A DNA stretch of 64,000 bases from positions 100,481 through 164,480 of the forward strand of contig CAVYGQ010000001.1 of NCBI GenBank assembly GCA_963768175.1, written 5' to 3'. This DNA is from Candidatus Doudnabacteria bacterium (GTDB lineage Bacteria > Patescibacteriota > Doudnabacteria > UBA920). Position 1 is the first letter of the stretch, and every line of letters begins with the position of its first letter. This document shows, piece by piece, positions 27,995-36,874 of the stretch. The notes under the pieces are model-generated. The model ran no database searches and had not been told where the DNA came from. It worked only from the letters and a program-made list of their open reading frames with translations. Position numbers and translations under genes: made by a program.

Positions 27995-28573
27995 ATGAAA
28001 AGATTTCGGAAAATCGTAAAATATCTTTTATATATTATCGTAAGCTTTTTGCTGGTAGATTTGGCTGTGGTCGTTTTTTTTAGCGTTTATCGGCCGCCGC
28101 TACAAAAAGCAGATGCAATTATTATTTTAGGCTCGGCCATAAATACACCTTCCTTATATAACCGTACGATGGACGGGTTAAAATTGTATAATCAGGGCAA
28201 AGCCGCCGTAATGGTGCTTTCCGGCGGCGTGGATTATCCAAGGTCCATGCCGGAAGCGGACTATATGGAAAAAGTGATTTTGCAAAACGCTTCCAGCCCG
28301 CTGCCGAATTTAATTTTGGAGCCGAACTCCAACTCCACTTACCAAAATATTGTGAATTCCAAAGCCTTAATCCCGAATGCCAAAAGCATTATTGTGGTCA
28401 GCGACAGTTTCCATTTGGCCCGCGCCGTTTTGATGGCCGAGCGCGAAGGTTTTAGCCCGGTTTACTGGAGCTCGCCCGATCCGGTTTATTACAACAAAAC
28501 CGAACTGGCTTTTTACTATTTGCGCGAAGTTTTTGCAATGATAGATTATATTCCGAAGTTCATTTTTGGATGA
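27995..28573 (+). CDS. YdcF/ElyC (DUF218) family protein
   Basis: ADAIIILG, LSGG, EADYM, STYQN, VSDSFHLARA, YYLRE. Confidence 0.9.
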   Translation: MKRFRKIVKYLLYIIVSFLLVDLAVVVFFSVYRPPLQKADAIIILGSAINTPSLYNRTMDGLKLYNQGKAAVMVLSGGVDYPRSMPEADYMEKVILQNASSPLPNLILEPNSNSTYQNIVNSKALIPNAKSIIVVSDSFHLARAVLMAEREGFSPVYWSSPDPVYYNKTELAFYYLREVFAMIDYIPKFIFG

Positions 28574-28656
28574 ATTTTGCCCTTGACACTGCACCTTTTT
28601 GCTTGTAAGATGATTGGTCTTGCATAACCTGCAAGCGGAAAGAGGAGGATGTAAAC

Positions 28657-29124
28657 GTGAGAGCTTTCTTAGTATTCTTGACATTGTTGGCCCCGACGAT
28701 GGCCAGCGCCCAGCAGGTGGACAAGATTCTGTTCTTCGGTCCGGGGTTTTCTTCGTCCTTGGCGAACGGTGCCAAAAGCGTCTCTGCCATCGGCGGAGCC
28801 AAGCTGGTCATCCACCTTGGCACCGGCGGCTGGTTCTCGCAGCTGTCCTGCTCCGCGAGTTTCGTGGAGCCGCAGATGACGGGAGCCAAGTCGTATTGGT
28901 CCATGCGACCGTCTGTCACTTTGGGTTACCGGTTCCGCAGCGGGAAAAGCCGATTCTCGGTTTTTGACGGGTTCGGCGAAACCCGCAACAAGGTTGGCGA
29001 TTTCCTGCCGACAGCAGTCGGCGGGGTGATTGTCAATCTCAAGGGTCGTTGGGGCGACCTCACTGACGTGAGCAGGAATGCTCAGTCGTGGGGGTTTTCC
29101 ACAACACTCGGCTACCGTTTTTAG
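28657..29124 (+). CDS. Secreted beta-strand-rich protein with OMP-like C-terminus, high GC
   Basis: gaggagg SD, signal peptide (ASA-QQ), ends TLGYRF; hairpin terminator at 29158-29183. Confidence 0.6.
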   Translation: MRAFLVFLTLLAPTMASAQQVDKILFFGPGFSSSLANGAKSVSAIGGAKLVIHLGTGGWFSQLSCSASFVEPQMTGAKSYWSMRPSVTLGYRFRSGKSRFSVFDGFGETRNKVGDFLPTAVGGVIVNLKGRWGDLTDVSRNAQSWGFSTTLGYRF

Positions 29125-29236
29125 GAGGCCACTTTTATGTGGTACTCCGATGCATGAGGCGCGCGGATGCGACAATCCGCGCGTTTCAATCTTAAATTTG
29201 ACGGATTTTGGGGGGTTTGGTATAATATCAGCAATT

Positions 29237-29321
29237 AAACCCCCACACCAATTTGATATAAATTTGTTAAGGGTTTAGCAAAATCCTCCAACCATTTCAA
29301 AATGAATTGGTGTGGGGGTAA
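29237..29321. repeat. Inverted-repeat element (ACCCCCACACCAATT...AATTGGTGTGGGGGT)
   Basis: 15-bp arms; related ends at 35433-35533 and 26195-26210. Confidence 0.75.
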
Positions 29322-29393
29322 ACCAAAGACAGTTGGCCTCCGACTGAAACGTCGGAGTTAATTATCATCGCAAGATGATTGCCCACCGAGGAA
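29322..29393 (+). promoter_or_regulatory. Ribosomal protein L10 leader RNA
   Basis: ccaaagacagttgg...ttaa...cccaccgagg pattern upstream of rplJ; ttgacg-17-tataat promoter at 29198-29226. Confidence 0.75.
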
Positions 29394-29727
29394 GTGTAGC
29401 GCGCCCATTCATGGGCTGCAGCCGATAAATCGGCGCGCTACATCACACTCGGGTAAGCCCGAGTATTTTTGTTCGGCGTCATCCTGAACGAAGTGAAGGA
29501 TCTCATTAAAGAGATTCCTCGCTGCGCTCGGAATGACGCCGGTGAGAGTTGACGGATATTTATTGGTTCACCCTGTTAAATAATTCGCCAAAGGCGAATT
29601 GCCGCGAAGCGGCATTTAACAGGGACACCCTGTTAAATAATTTTTTAGTAAAAAATTACTGCGTAGCAGTATTTAACAGGGTAAAGGTCGATACTAGGCA
29701 CTTAGCACTTAGCACTAATAACTAACT
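29394..29727. repeat. Cluster of repeat elements in the rplJ 5' region
   Basis: GTAG-type REP 29394-29441, family A 29474-29541, two CCCTGTTAAAT...ATTTAACAGGG units 29571-29681, (GCACTTA)n 29697-29727. Confidence 0.8.
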
Positions 29728-29728
29728 T

Positions 29729-30244
29729 ATGCCAAAAGCTAAATCACAAAAGATTGAAGATCTTAAAGAACTTACGGCCAAACTTAAAGAGGCCAAAGGC
29801 GTGGTCTTTTCCGATTACCGCGGCACAACCGTAAAAGACATGGACATTTTCCGCAAAACCCTGCGCAAGGAAAAAGTCTTTTGCAAAGTCTACAAATTGA
29901 CTTTGGTTAAAAGGGCCATGAAAGATGCCGGCTTAGACGGAGAAATCGCCGACTATAAGACGCCGGTAATACTTTCGGTCTCCAGCGACGACGAAACCAC
30001 CCCCGCCCGTTTGGTCAAAAACTTGTCCAAAGACTTAAAGACTATTTCGGTTTTGGAAGGCATTGTGGACAACAAATTGGTCAACAAGGCGCAAGTTTTG
30101 GCTCTAGCCGACTTGCCGAGCAAAAACCAGCTGCGCGCGCAAATCATCGCCACCATCAATGCGCCGGTTACGGGATTTGTCAATGTTTTGGTTGGCAATA
30201 TCAGAGGCTTGATAAACGTGCTCAACGCAGTCGTAACTAAATAA
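29729..30244 (+). CDS. rplJ: 50S ribosomal protein L10
   Basis: VVFSDYRGTTV, KVYKLTLVKRA, LADLPSK; precedes rplL. Confidence 0.93.
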   Translation: MPKAKSQKIEDLKELTAKLKEAKGVVFSDYRGTTVKDMDIFRKTLRKEKVFCKVYKLTLVKRAMKDAGLDGEIADYKTPVILSVSSDDETTPARLVKNLSKDLKTISVLEGIVDNKLVNKAQVLALADLPSKNQLRAQIIATINAPVTGFVNVLVGNIRGLINVLNAVVTK

Positions 30245-30245
30245 T

Positions 30246-30322
30246 CATTTAAACATCAAAACATTTAAACATATAAACACGAGGCAGACGCTTAAATGCT
30301 TATATGATTAAATGTTTAAATG
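30246..30322. repeat. Junction hairpin of inverted 8-mer repeats
   Basis: catttaaacatcaaaacatttaaacatataaac...aatgcttatatgattaaatgtttaaatg; same family as 3403-3483. Confidence 0.8.
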
Positions 30323-30333
30323 AAAGGAATATT

Positions 30334-30744
30334 ATGTCAGATGACAAACAAACGATAGAAGTTCCCGCAAAGTTTAAAGCTTTGGTGGAACAAATTGAAA
30401 AGCTTTCCGTTTTGGAGCTTTCAGAATTAGTTAAAGTTTTAGAAGGCAAGTTCGGCGTTTCGGCCGCCGCTCCCGCCATGATGACCCCGGCATTCGCCGG
30501 GGCAAGTGGGCCAGCTGCTGCTGCCGAGGAAAAGACCGAATTCAATGTGGAATTGACCGAAACCGGCGCGAGCAAAATTAATGTCATTAAAGTTGTCCGC
30601 GAAGTTACCGGCGTAGGGCTAAAGGAAGCCAAAGACTTAGTAGACGGCGCTCCTAAAATTGTCAAAGAAAATATGCCAAAAGCCGAAGCGGAAGCATTAA
30701 AGAAAAAGCTGGAAGACGCCGGCGCTAAAGTGACATTAAAATAA
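30334..30744 (+). CDS. rplL: 50S ribosomal protein L7/L12
   Basis: [34 protein letters not shown]. Confidence 0.97.
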   Translation: MSDDKQTIEVPAKFKALVEQIEKLSVLELSELVKVLEGKFGVSAAAPAMMTPAFAGASGPAAAAEEKTEFNVELTETGASKINVIKVVREVTGVGLKEAKDLVDGAPKIVKENMPKAEAEALKKKLEDAGAKVTLK

Positions 30745-30770
30745 TTTTTATTGCTATAAAATTATTTTAA

Positions 30771-30989
30771 TGTCATCTCGAGCGAGTGCATCCGAGCGAA
30801 GGATCCATTCTTTGATAATATAGCATTATTATTTCAAAGTCATCCCGAGGGCTTTAGCCCGAGGGATCTCTTCTAAGATAATATCGATTAAAATTAAATA
30901 TTTAAAACCGCCCCCGTTGCAAGGGGACGGTTTTTAACTTAAAATGTATTATAAATAGATCCCTCGTCGCTTTGCTACTCGGGATGGCA
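30771..30989. repeat. Nested family A REP-like halves surrounding the rplL terminator
   Basis: gtcatctcgagcgagtgc (30772), gtcatcccgagggc (30839), gatccctcg...ctcgggatggca (30958); terminator aaaaccgccc...ggacggttttt 30904-30935. Confidence 0.7.
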
Positions 30990-31005
30990 GCTATAATGTA
31001 AATTT

Positions 31006-32094
31006 ATGTTTGTCAATTTTTGGCAACAATTAAATAAGCCCATTTTTTGCCTGGCGCCCATGGAAGGCGTTACGGACGTGGCTTTTAGGGAAATGTTTGC
31101 GAGATATAGCGGGAATGGTTCCCCCTCATCCGGTCCGCCTACTGGCGGGCCACCTTCTCCCTCAGGGAGAAGGTGTAATGAATTTGTTCTTTTTACGGAG
31201 TTCATTAACGTGGACGGATTAACGCATCCCGAAGGCCGGAAAAAATTGGAAATTGATTTAAAATATACGGGAAATCAGCGGCCGATAGTCGCCCAGTTGT
31301 GGGGCAGATCGCCGTTAAAATTTGAAGAAGCGGCCAAGATTATCGCTTCTTTAGGTTTTGACGGCATAGATATAAATATGGGCTGTCCGCAGGACAAAGA
31401 AATTAAAATCGGTGCCTGCGCCTCCCTTATTAAGGAACCCCAATTGGCCATGGAAATCATCAAGTTTACAAAAAAAGGGGCGGGAGATTTGCCGGTATCG
31501 GTCAAAACGCGTTTGGGATACAGCGAAAACATTATTGGCACGTGGCTCAGGCATTTGTTATCAGCTGGGCCCGCGGCCATAACTGTGCACGGCCGCACCA
31601 AGCAGGAAAAGTCCAAAGTTCTGGCCGACTGGGGGGCTATCGGTGAGGCGGTAGTAATTCGCGATGAGATGTTCCCTCAAAACCCTCACCCTTCACCCTC
31701 TCCCAGAGGGAGAGGGAAAGAAGTTGGCCTGCGGCCGCTAATAATCGGCAACGGCGACATTAAATCGCGGCAAGAGGGTTTACAGCGCGTTAAAGAGTCC
31801 GGAGTTGACGGGGTTATGGTAGGCAGGGGAGCGTTTGGCAATCCGTGGTTCTTTAGATTGGATAGTTATCAGCCAAATATAAAAGAGCGCCTGTCCGTTA
31901 TGCTGGAGCACGCCGAATTGTTTAACGATATTTTGGGCGGCCAAAAATCTTTCTTTATTATGCGCAAGCACTTTAAAGCCTACTGCTCAGGTTTCAACGG
32001 CGCCCATGAACTCCGCGCCAAACTTTTAAGTGCCAAAGATTTGGAAGAAACTAGATTGATAGTCAGCGAATACTTAAACTCCGCCCCGGTATAA
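31006..32094 (+). CDS. dusB: tRNA-dihydrouridine synthase (Dus family) with two in-frame palindromic insertions
   Basis: LAPMEGVTD, IDINMGCP, VSVKTRLG, TVHGRT, IGNGDI, MVGRGAFGNPW; inserts at 31120-31175 and 31683-31716. Confidence 0.9.
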   Translation: MFVNFWQQLNKPIFCLAPMEGVTDVAFREMFARYSGNGSPSSGPPTGGPPSPSGRRCNEFVLFTEFINVDGLTHPEGRKKLEIDLKYTGNQRPIVAQLWGRSPLKFEEAAKIIASLGFDGIDINMGCPQDKEIKIGACASLIKEPQLAMEIIKFTKKGAGDLPVSVKTRLGYSENIIGTWLRHLLSAGPAAITVHGRTKQEKSKVLADWGAIGEAVVIRDEMFPQNPHPSPSPRGRGKEVGLRPLIIGNGDIKSRQEGLQRVKESGVDGVMVGRGAFGNPWFFRLDSYQPNIKERLSVMLEHAELFNDILGGQKSFFIMRKHFKAYCSGFNGAHELRAKLLSAKDLEETRLIVSEYLNSAPV

Positions 32095-32178
32095 ACAAGG
32101 GCGGTTTTAAAAATATTTTTGCGGGTTGCGAAAGGAAAGATCCCTCGCTTCGCTCGGGATGACTTTTCTATAAATAAA

Positions 32179-34218
32179 TTATGGTAAAGTCACTTTGAGC
32201 AAGCCCCCGTCGTTTAGCACGTAAATCGTTTTATTTTTTTCGTCAACCTGGAAATCTTTTAGGCCGGTAAAGCTATCGGAAAGCAGGGTGTTCATTAGAT
32301 TGCCGCTTTTGTCAAAAATTAAAATACGGTTGTTGCCCGGATCCAAAATATAAAGATATTTAAAATCTTTTTGGGTATAAATTTTGCTGTTGCCGGAAAG
32401 CGGGACGGGCAGATTTTGCAAAGCAAAATCGGTTAGCCGGCCGCTTAAAAATTTATTTACGCCGCTTTGGGTTAGCACGTAAATTCCGGTGTCAATGGTT
32501 ATATCCGCCGCCTGGCTTATGCTTGGGTCCGAGGCCGCCACCACGGGTTTGGAAAAAGCGGTTTTGCCGGGCAAAAAGCTGACTATCCGCGCGGTTTTTT
32601 TGTCGGCAACATAAACCCTGCTGTTGGTAGGATACGCCGCTATACCGCCAAAATCGTCCTTGCCCGGCACATTTTGCGCAAACCCTGTGCCCAAAATAAG
32701 GCCTTTGGAAAAATCCCAAATATATAAATTACTGCCGTCGTAAACGCAGGCCTGGGTGCCGCTTAAGTAAATGCCGGACACAGCGTTTAGGCTTAAATTA
32801 AGGGAGCCGTCGTGGATTTGCCCGGTGCTTTTTTGATAGCTAATAATGGCGGAATTTACCTGCGTGGCAACAAAATCCGGCAGTTTGATTAAAGTGTCGC
32901 CCGCCCCCAAACTGCCCAAATTAGTAACCTGGGGTTTAAAGATTTTTTCCATTTGGATTTCTATGTCGTTTTCCTGGGCAACCAATTTGTTGTAAAGGGC
33001 TTTATTCGTGGTGTTTACGGTATTGGCTTTGGGCAGCTTGCTTTTAGCCTGTTGCAAGAAGTTTGAAGCCGAAGTGTCGTCTTTGTATAAAAGCGAGGAC
33101 TGGGCGTTTGACAAAAGCGTCTGGATTTGGGAAAGCTGGGCGGCGGCTTGGCTTTGGGCAGTGCGAACTTTTTTTAAATGGATGGCAATACCGATGTTGG
33201 CAATCACGGCAATAAATAAAATTATTGCGGAAGCCAAAAAAAACTTTTTTGTTGAGCTTAATTGTTTAAAGTTTTCCAGGTTGGCGGTCGTGCGGACAGT
33301 TCTTGCTTGAGCTTTGGTAAATTGCCAAAAACCTTTGCTCTTGGCTAAAAAATTTTTTGTGTTTCCGGAAAAATTTTTTAGTTTTTGGCTGAAAGAAATA
33401 CCGGGCAGGCTGACTTTGGGCACGCGCGTCGGGGCGCTGCCCGGGGCAAAAGCGCTTTTAATGTAGTTAAAAATTTTACCGAATAAACTGGACTGCCCAC
33501 CGGGGGTTTCCACTACGTAATTTTCTAAATCCATTTCCTCTTCCGGAGTTTCGCCTTCCGGAACCTGTAGGTTCAACAAAGTGCCGAAACTGATTTGTGG
33601 TTCCGCATTTTCTTTCAGCAATTGGATAACGGTTTGTGTGGCCGTTAAAAAGTCCGTGTTGCCGAAAACATTCAGCAGGCGGTCCATGGAAACGTAATTG
33701 AACAGCTGGGCCGTGGAAAGCAAAATTAAATCGCCAAGGCGAATCTTGCCTACGGCGAAATTTTCAAAAGTTTTAAGCGGGTGGCTTTTTGACTGGGAGC
33801 ACGAAATGTCGGTGAGTTCGCCGCTTCGTAAAAGGTAGGCCGAAACCTTGCCGCAACTGGCCACGCTTAACTCCTGGCCTTCCTTAACCCCGATAATGCA
33901 GTTTAATTTATCTATCCATTGTGTTTGACCCACGGCGGCCAGCTTGCCGAGCTCTTCGTTGATTTGGCTTACGGCGTTTTCAAAATTGTTTTCTAACGCC
34001 ACTGTCCTGCGGTAACTGCGTTTTAAGGTGGAGGCGATTGCCAGGCAGATTCTTTCACAGGCTTCTTCGGCTGCCGGGTTAAGCAGCGGCAGCTCCGCTA
34101 CCAAATATAGCTCCGCTAAGCCCACCGGTGCTTTTTCCGCCATCACATAAACATAAGTCTGGGAAGATTTATTGTTGCCTAATTGGATTTTAGCGATTTG
34201 TGATTCTAATGCTTCCAT
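32179..34218 (-). CDS. Membrane protein: degenerate PP2C-like N-terminus, TM, C-terminal beta-propeller (NHL-like)
   Basis: AYLLRSGEL..GKIRLGDLILLST N-terminal pattern; YILDPGNNRILIFDKSG blades. Confidence 0.65.
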   Translation of the reverse strand: MEALESQIAKIQLGNNKSSQTYVYVMAEKAPVGLAELYLVAELPLLNPAAEEACERICLAIASTLKRSYRRTVALENNFENAVSQINEELGKLAAVGQTQWIDKLNCIIGVKEGQELSVASCGKVSAYLLRSGELTDISCSQSKSHPLKTFENFAVGKIRLGDLILLSTAQLFNYVSMDRLLNVFGNTDFLTATQTVIQLLKENAEPQISFGTLLNLQVPEGETPEEEMDLENYVVETPGGQSSLFGKIFNYIKSAFAPGSAPTRVPKVSLPGISFSQKLKNFSGNTKNFLAKSKGFWQFTKAQARTVRTTANLENFKQLSSTKKFFLASAIILFIAVIANIGIAIHLKKVRTAQSQAAAQLSQIQTLLSNAQSSLLYKDDTSASNFLQQAKSKLPKANTVNTTNKALYNKLVAQENDIEIQMEKIFKPQVTNLGSLGAGDTLIKLPDFVATQVNSAIISYQKSTGQIHDGSLNLSLNAVSGIYLSGTQACVYDGSNLYIWDFSKGLILGTGFAQNVPGKDDFGGIAAYPTNSRVYVADKKTARIVSFLPGKTAFSKPVVAASDPSISQAADITIDTGIYVLTQSGVNKFLSGRLTDFALQNLPVPLSGNSKIYTQKDFKYLYILDPGNNRILIFDKSGNLMNTLLSDSFTGLKDFQVDEKNKTIYVLNDGGLLKVTLP

Positions 34219-34227
34219 GAAAAAGTT

Positions 34228-34303
34228 GGCGGATTTAAGTTTTAAGATTTAAGCCAACCCAAAACTCGGGCTTTAATCTTTAATCCTAAATCATTAATCT
34301 GCC
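34228..34303. repeat. Junction hairpin of inverted heptamer repeats (GATTTAA)n...(TTAATCN)n
   Basis: ggcggatttaagttttaagatttaag...ctttaatctttaatcctaaatcattaatctgcc. Confidence 0.7.
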
Positions 34304-34379
34304 TATAATTATACAACATTTTTTGTCAAATTCAAAACCCAAATATGGATAATCTTTATAAGTATGCTATAATTGGAAT

Positions 34380-34470
34380 AATGACATGAATTAAAAGAAT
34401 TAAATGATTGACAAGATTAGACATAGATAATTCTTGTCAATCTTGGTCAATTATGTCATTCTTGTCAATC
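34380..34470. repeat. Junction hairpin of inverted 9-mer repeats (TGACA/TGTCA)
   Basis: attgacaagattagaca...cttgtcaatcttggtcaattatgtcattcttgtcaat; related tract in the lgt 5' end. Confidence 0.7.
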
Positions 34471-34475
34471 CTACT

Positions 34476-35057
34476 ATGCTCGAAGAAATAATAGATTCCA
34501 AGGTAAATTCCGGTGTTTTAAGTTTTTTCCTGGCTATGCCCGAAAGGAGTTTTTCGGTCCTGGAGGTTTCCAGAAGGCTGGGTATTCCATATTTAAAGGC
34601 CGCACACAACTTGGCCAAATTAGCCGGCGTTGGTCTGTTAATAGTTTTTACCAAAAAGACCAAAAAGTATTATTACATTAATCCGCATTACAAGCTTCTT
34701 CCGGAAATAAAAAATTTTTGGGCAAAAAACGGGCAAAAGGGCAAAGACGAATTATTTTTGGCCATAAGAAGTCTGGGCGATGTCCGTGCCGCGTTTTTAA
34801 GCGGCATTTTTACCGGCTATTCCAATTTGCCGGTGGACGTTTTGCTGGTGGGCAAAATCAATTTGTGGAAACTTTCCGATTTCCTTAAAGCCGCAGAAAA
34901 AATGATGGGCCAGGAAATCAATTACAGCATAATGACCGTGGAAGAATTTTTACAACGCCGCGATACTTTTGATAAATTTATTAAAGACGTTTTTGACTAT
35001 CGGCATTTGGCAGTGGTCGACACGTTGCGCAAAAAATCCCCTAAAAGCGCAAAGTAA
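34476..35057 (+). CDS. Winged-helix plus nucleotidyltransferase-like protein
   Basis: HTH (SVLEVSRRLG), AFLSGIF..PVDVLLVG, EINYSIMTVEEF. Confidence 0.75.
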   Translation: MLEEIIDSKVNSGVLSFFLAMPERSFSVLEVSRRLGIPYLKAAHNLAKLAGVGLLIVFTKKTKKYYYINPHYKLLPEIKNFWAKNGQKGKDELFLAIRSLGDVRAAFLSGIFTGYSNLPVDVLLVGKINLWKLSDFLKAAEKMMGQEINYSIMTVEEFLQRRDTFDKFIKDVFDYRHLAVVDTLRKKSPKSAK

Positions 35058-35081
35058 TCAAAATATGTTATAATTTAGTAT

Positions 35082-35324
35082 ATGTCTATAGCCGATATTC
35101 AAAGTTTATACCTGCAATTTTTAAGTAACTTTCCGGTGACTTTGCGCCCGCTAATTTCTATCGGCGTCGCTATATTAATAGTCTATTCCATTTTTAAGGT
35201 CATTAAAAAAGATTGGATTTTCCTTATCGCTTTGGTTATCCTCTTGCCGGCCAGCCAGCCCATTCTGCAAAGCGTCTGGCAGGGGATTGTGGCCTTTATT
35301 AAGTTTTTGTTGAATACAAAATAA
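35082..35324 (+). CDS. Small membrane protein
   Basis: 80-aa hydrophobic ORF. Confidence 0.65.
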   Translation: MSIADIQSLYLQFLSNFPVTLRPLISIGVAILIVYSIFKVIKKDWIFLIALVILLPASQPILQSVWQGIVAFIKFLLNTK

Positions 35325-35400
35325 CAATAACAACAACTATAACTATAACAAACCCAAGATGAGCAAGTTATAGTTATTTTTATTTTATTGTTATAGTTAA
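35320..35400. repeat. Junction hairpin of inverted hexamer repeats (ATAACW)n...(WGTTAT)n
   Basis: ataacaataacaacaactataactataac...gttatagttatttttattttattgttatagtta. Confidence 0.7.
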
Positions 35401-35552
35401 ACTTGTGGATAACTTTAAGGTAAACGTTAGTTTACCCCGTACCAAATTTGGTGGATAACCAAATTTGGTGTTTTTTTATAATTATCAAAAAAAATCAAAA
35501 TGTCCAATAAAATAAGCATTTGATGCGGGGTTTACCTTGTTTTTATTGGTAT

Positions 35553-35581
35553 TTGACACTTGGTGAACGTTCGTATATTGT
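35553..35581 (+). promoter_or_regulatory. lexA promoter with candidate LexA box
   Basis: ttgaca-17-tattgt with GGTGAACGttCGTATA (35562-35577) in the spacer. Confidence 0.7.
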
Positions 35582-35609
35582 ATATATGTGAGCATTAACG
35601 AACAACAAT

Positions 35610-36227
35610 ATGGAAAAAGATATCACCCAGCGCCAAAAAGAGTTATTAAGCTTTATTACAAAACAGATTCGCGACCATGCTTTGCCTCCAAGCATATCAG
35701 AAATGGCCACTTATTTAAAAGTAAAGTCCAAGAACGGGGTTGCCAAACTTTTAAATGCGCTTGAGGCACAAGGTTATATTCGGACTAGCGGCAAGGCCCG
35801 CGGTATTGAAGTGTTAAATTCTTTGGGGGAAAGTTTGCAAAAGGGCTTGGTGGCGGTGCCGCTGCTCGGCAACATTCAGGCCGGAACCCCGCACTTGGCG
35901 GAAGAAAACATTGAGGAATGGATAAATTTGCCGCAAACCTTAATTAAAAGCCGAAGGGACGTGTTTTTGCTAAAAGTCAGGGGCGACAGCATGATAAACG
36001 CCGGAATTTTTGAAGGAGATTTGGTTATAGTCCGGCCAACCCATGACGTAAGAAATAACGACATTGTAGTGGCTCTGCTCCACGATGAAGCCACGGTCAA
36101 GCGGTTTATCCAAATAAAAAACCGGGCCTATTTGAAAGCCGAAAACCCGGACTACAAAAATATTTACCCCAAAGAAGAATGGATAGTCCAGGGCAAGGTG
36201 GTGGGGGTGATAAGAAATTTAGAGTAG
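35610..36227 (+). CDS. lexA: SOS repressor LexA
   Basis: TQRQKE, PPSISE, ARGI, IQAG cleavage site, VRGDSM (Ser), ATVKR (Lys). Confidence 0.96.
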   Translation: MEKDITQRQKELLSFITKQIRDHALPPSISEMATYLKVKSKNGVAKLLNALEAQGYIRTSGKARGIEVLNSLGESLQKGLVAVPLLGNIQAGTPHLAEENIEEWINLPQTLIKSRRDVFLLKVRGDSMINAGIFEGDLVIVRPTHDVRNNDIVVALLHDEATVKRFIQIKNRAYLKAENPDYKNIYPKEEWIVQGKVVGVIRNLE

Positions 36228-36263
36228 GTGGGTAGCTTGTAGGGATGTAGCTTAAAAAGATTT

Positions 36264-36617
36264 ATGCAAACTTATAAAGATCTTATTGTTTGGAAGAAGT
36301 CCATGGAATTGGTTGTCGTTGTTTACAAACTTACCGATTTTTATCCGGCCTCTGAACAATATGGTTTGACTTCTCAATCACGCCGATGCTCAGTTTCCAT
36401 ACCTTCAAATATAGCTGAGGGTAAACGGCGCGGGACTATTAAGGAATTCAGACATTTTTTGTTAATTTCTTATGGCTCCGGAGCCGAATTAGAAACTCAA
36501 ATTGAGATCGCAAAACGGTTATCGTGGGGGCAAAAATTAGATTTTACAAAAGTGGATAGGCTGTTAGAAGAAGTTATGAAGATTTTAAACAAAATGATTA
36601 ATAACTTACAAGGTTGA
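36264..36617 (+). CDS. Four-helix-bundle (23S rRNA IVP-like) protein
   Basis: YKDLIVWKKS, EQYGLTSQ.RR.SVSIPSNIAEG, GSGAELETQ; flanked by inverted GTAG/CTAC repeats. Confidence 0.93.
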   Translation: MQTYKDLIVWKKSMELVVVVYKLTDFYPASEQYGLTSQSRRCSVSIPSNIAEGKRRGTIKEFRHFLLISYGSGAELETQIEIAKRLSWGQKLDFTKVDRLLEEVMKILNKMINNLQG

Positions 36618-36676
36618 AGTTACGCATTGCAGGTTCCCCTACATTCTTACTAACCTACAAGCTACTTGCTAAGCTT

Positions 36677-36868
36677 ATGTCCGAGCTCCAGAAACAAAAA
36701 TTAAATATCCTTGCCCAGTTACGCGGGCTTTGCGCGCATTGTTCCTGTGGTTCCTCCCACCCGCATCGCTGCCCGGTGCAGGAAATTTCCGCGCGTATCT
36801 CTTCCTTGCGCGGCGTACCGTTGATTGTGAACAACGAATTCAAAGGCGTGTTTTTTTCAAAAATTTAA
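36677..36868 (+). CDS. Small Cys/His-rich hypothetical protein
   Basis: MSELQKQK..LCAHCSCGSSHPHRCPV; ATG directly after the repeat arm. Confidence 0.55.
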   Translation: MSELQKQKLNILAQLRGLCAHCSCGSSHPHRCPVQEISARISSLRGVPLIVNNEFKGVFFSKI

Positions 36869-36874
36869 AGGTTA

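Noticed and set aside
35404-35460. Replication origin from DnaA-like boxes (tgtggataa at 35404; also 15229)
   Set aside because: Only isolated boxes, with no dnaA/dnaN nearby and no dense cluster.
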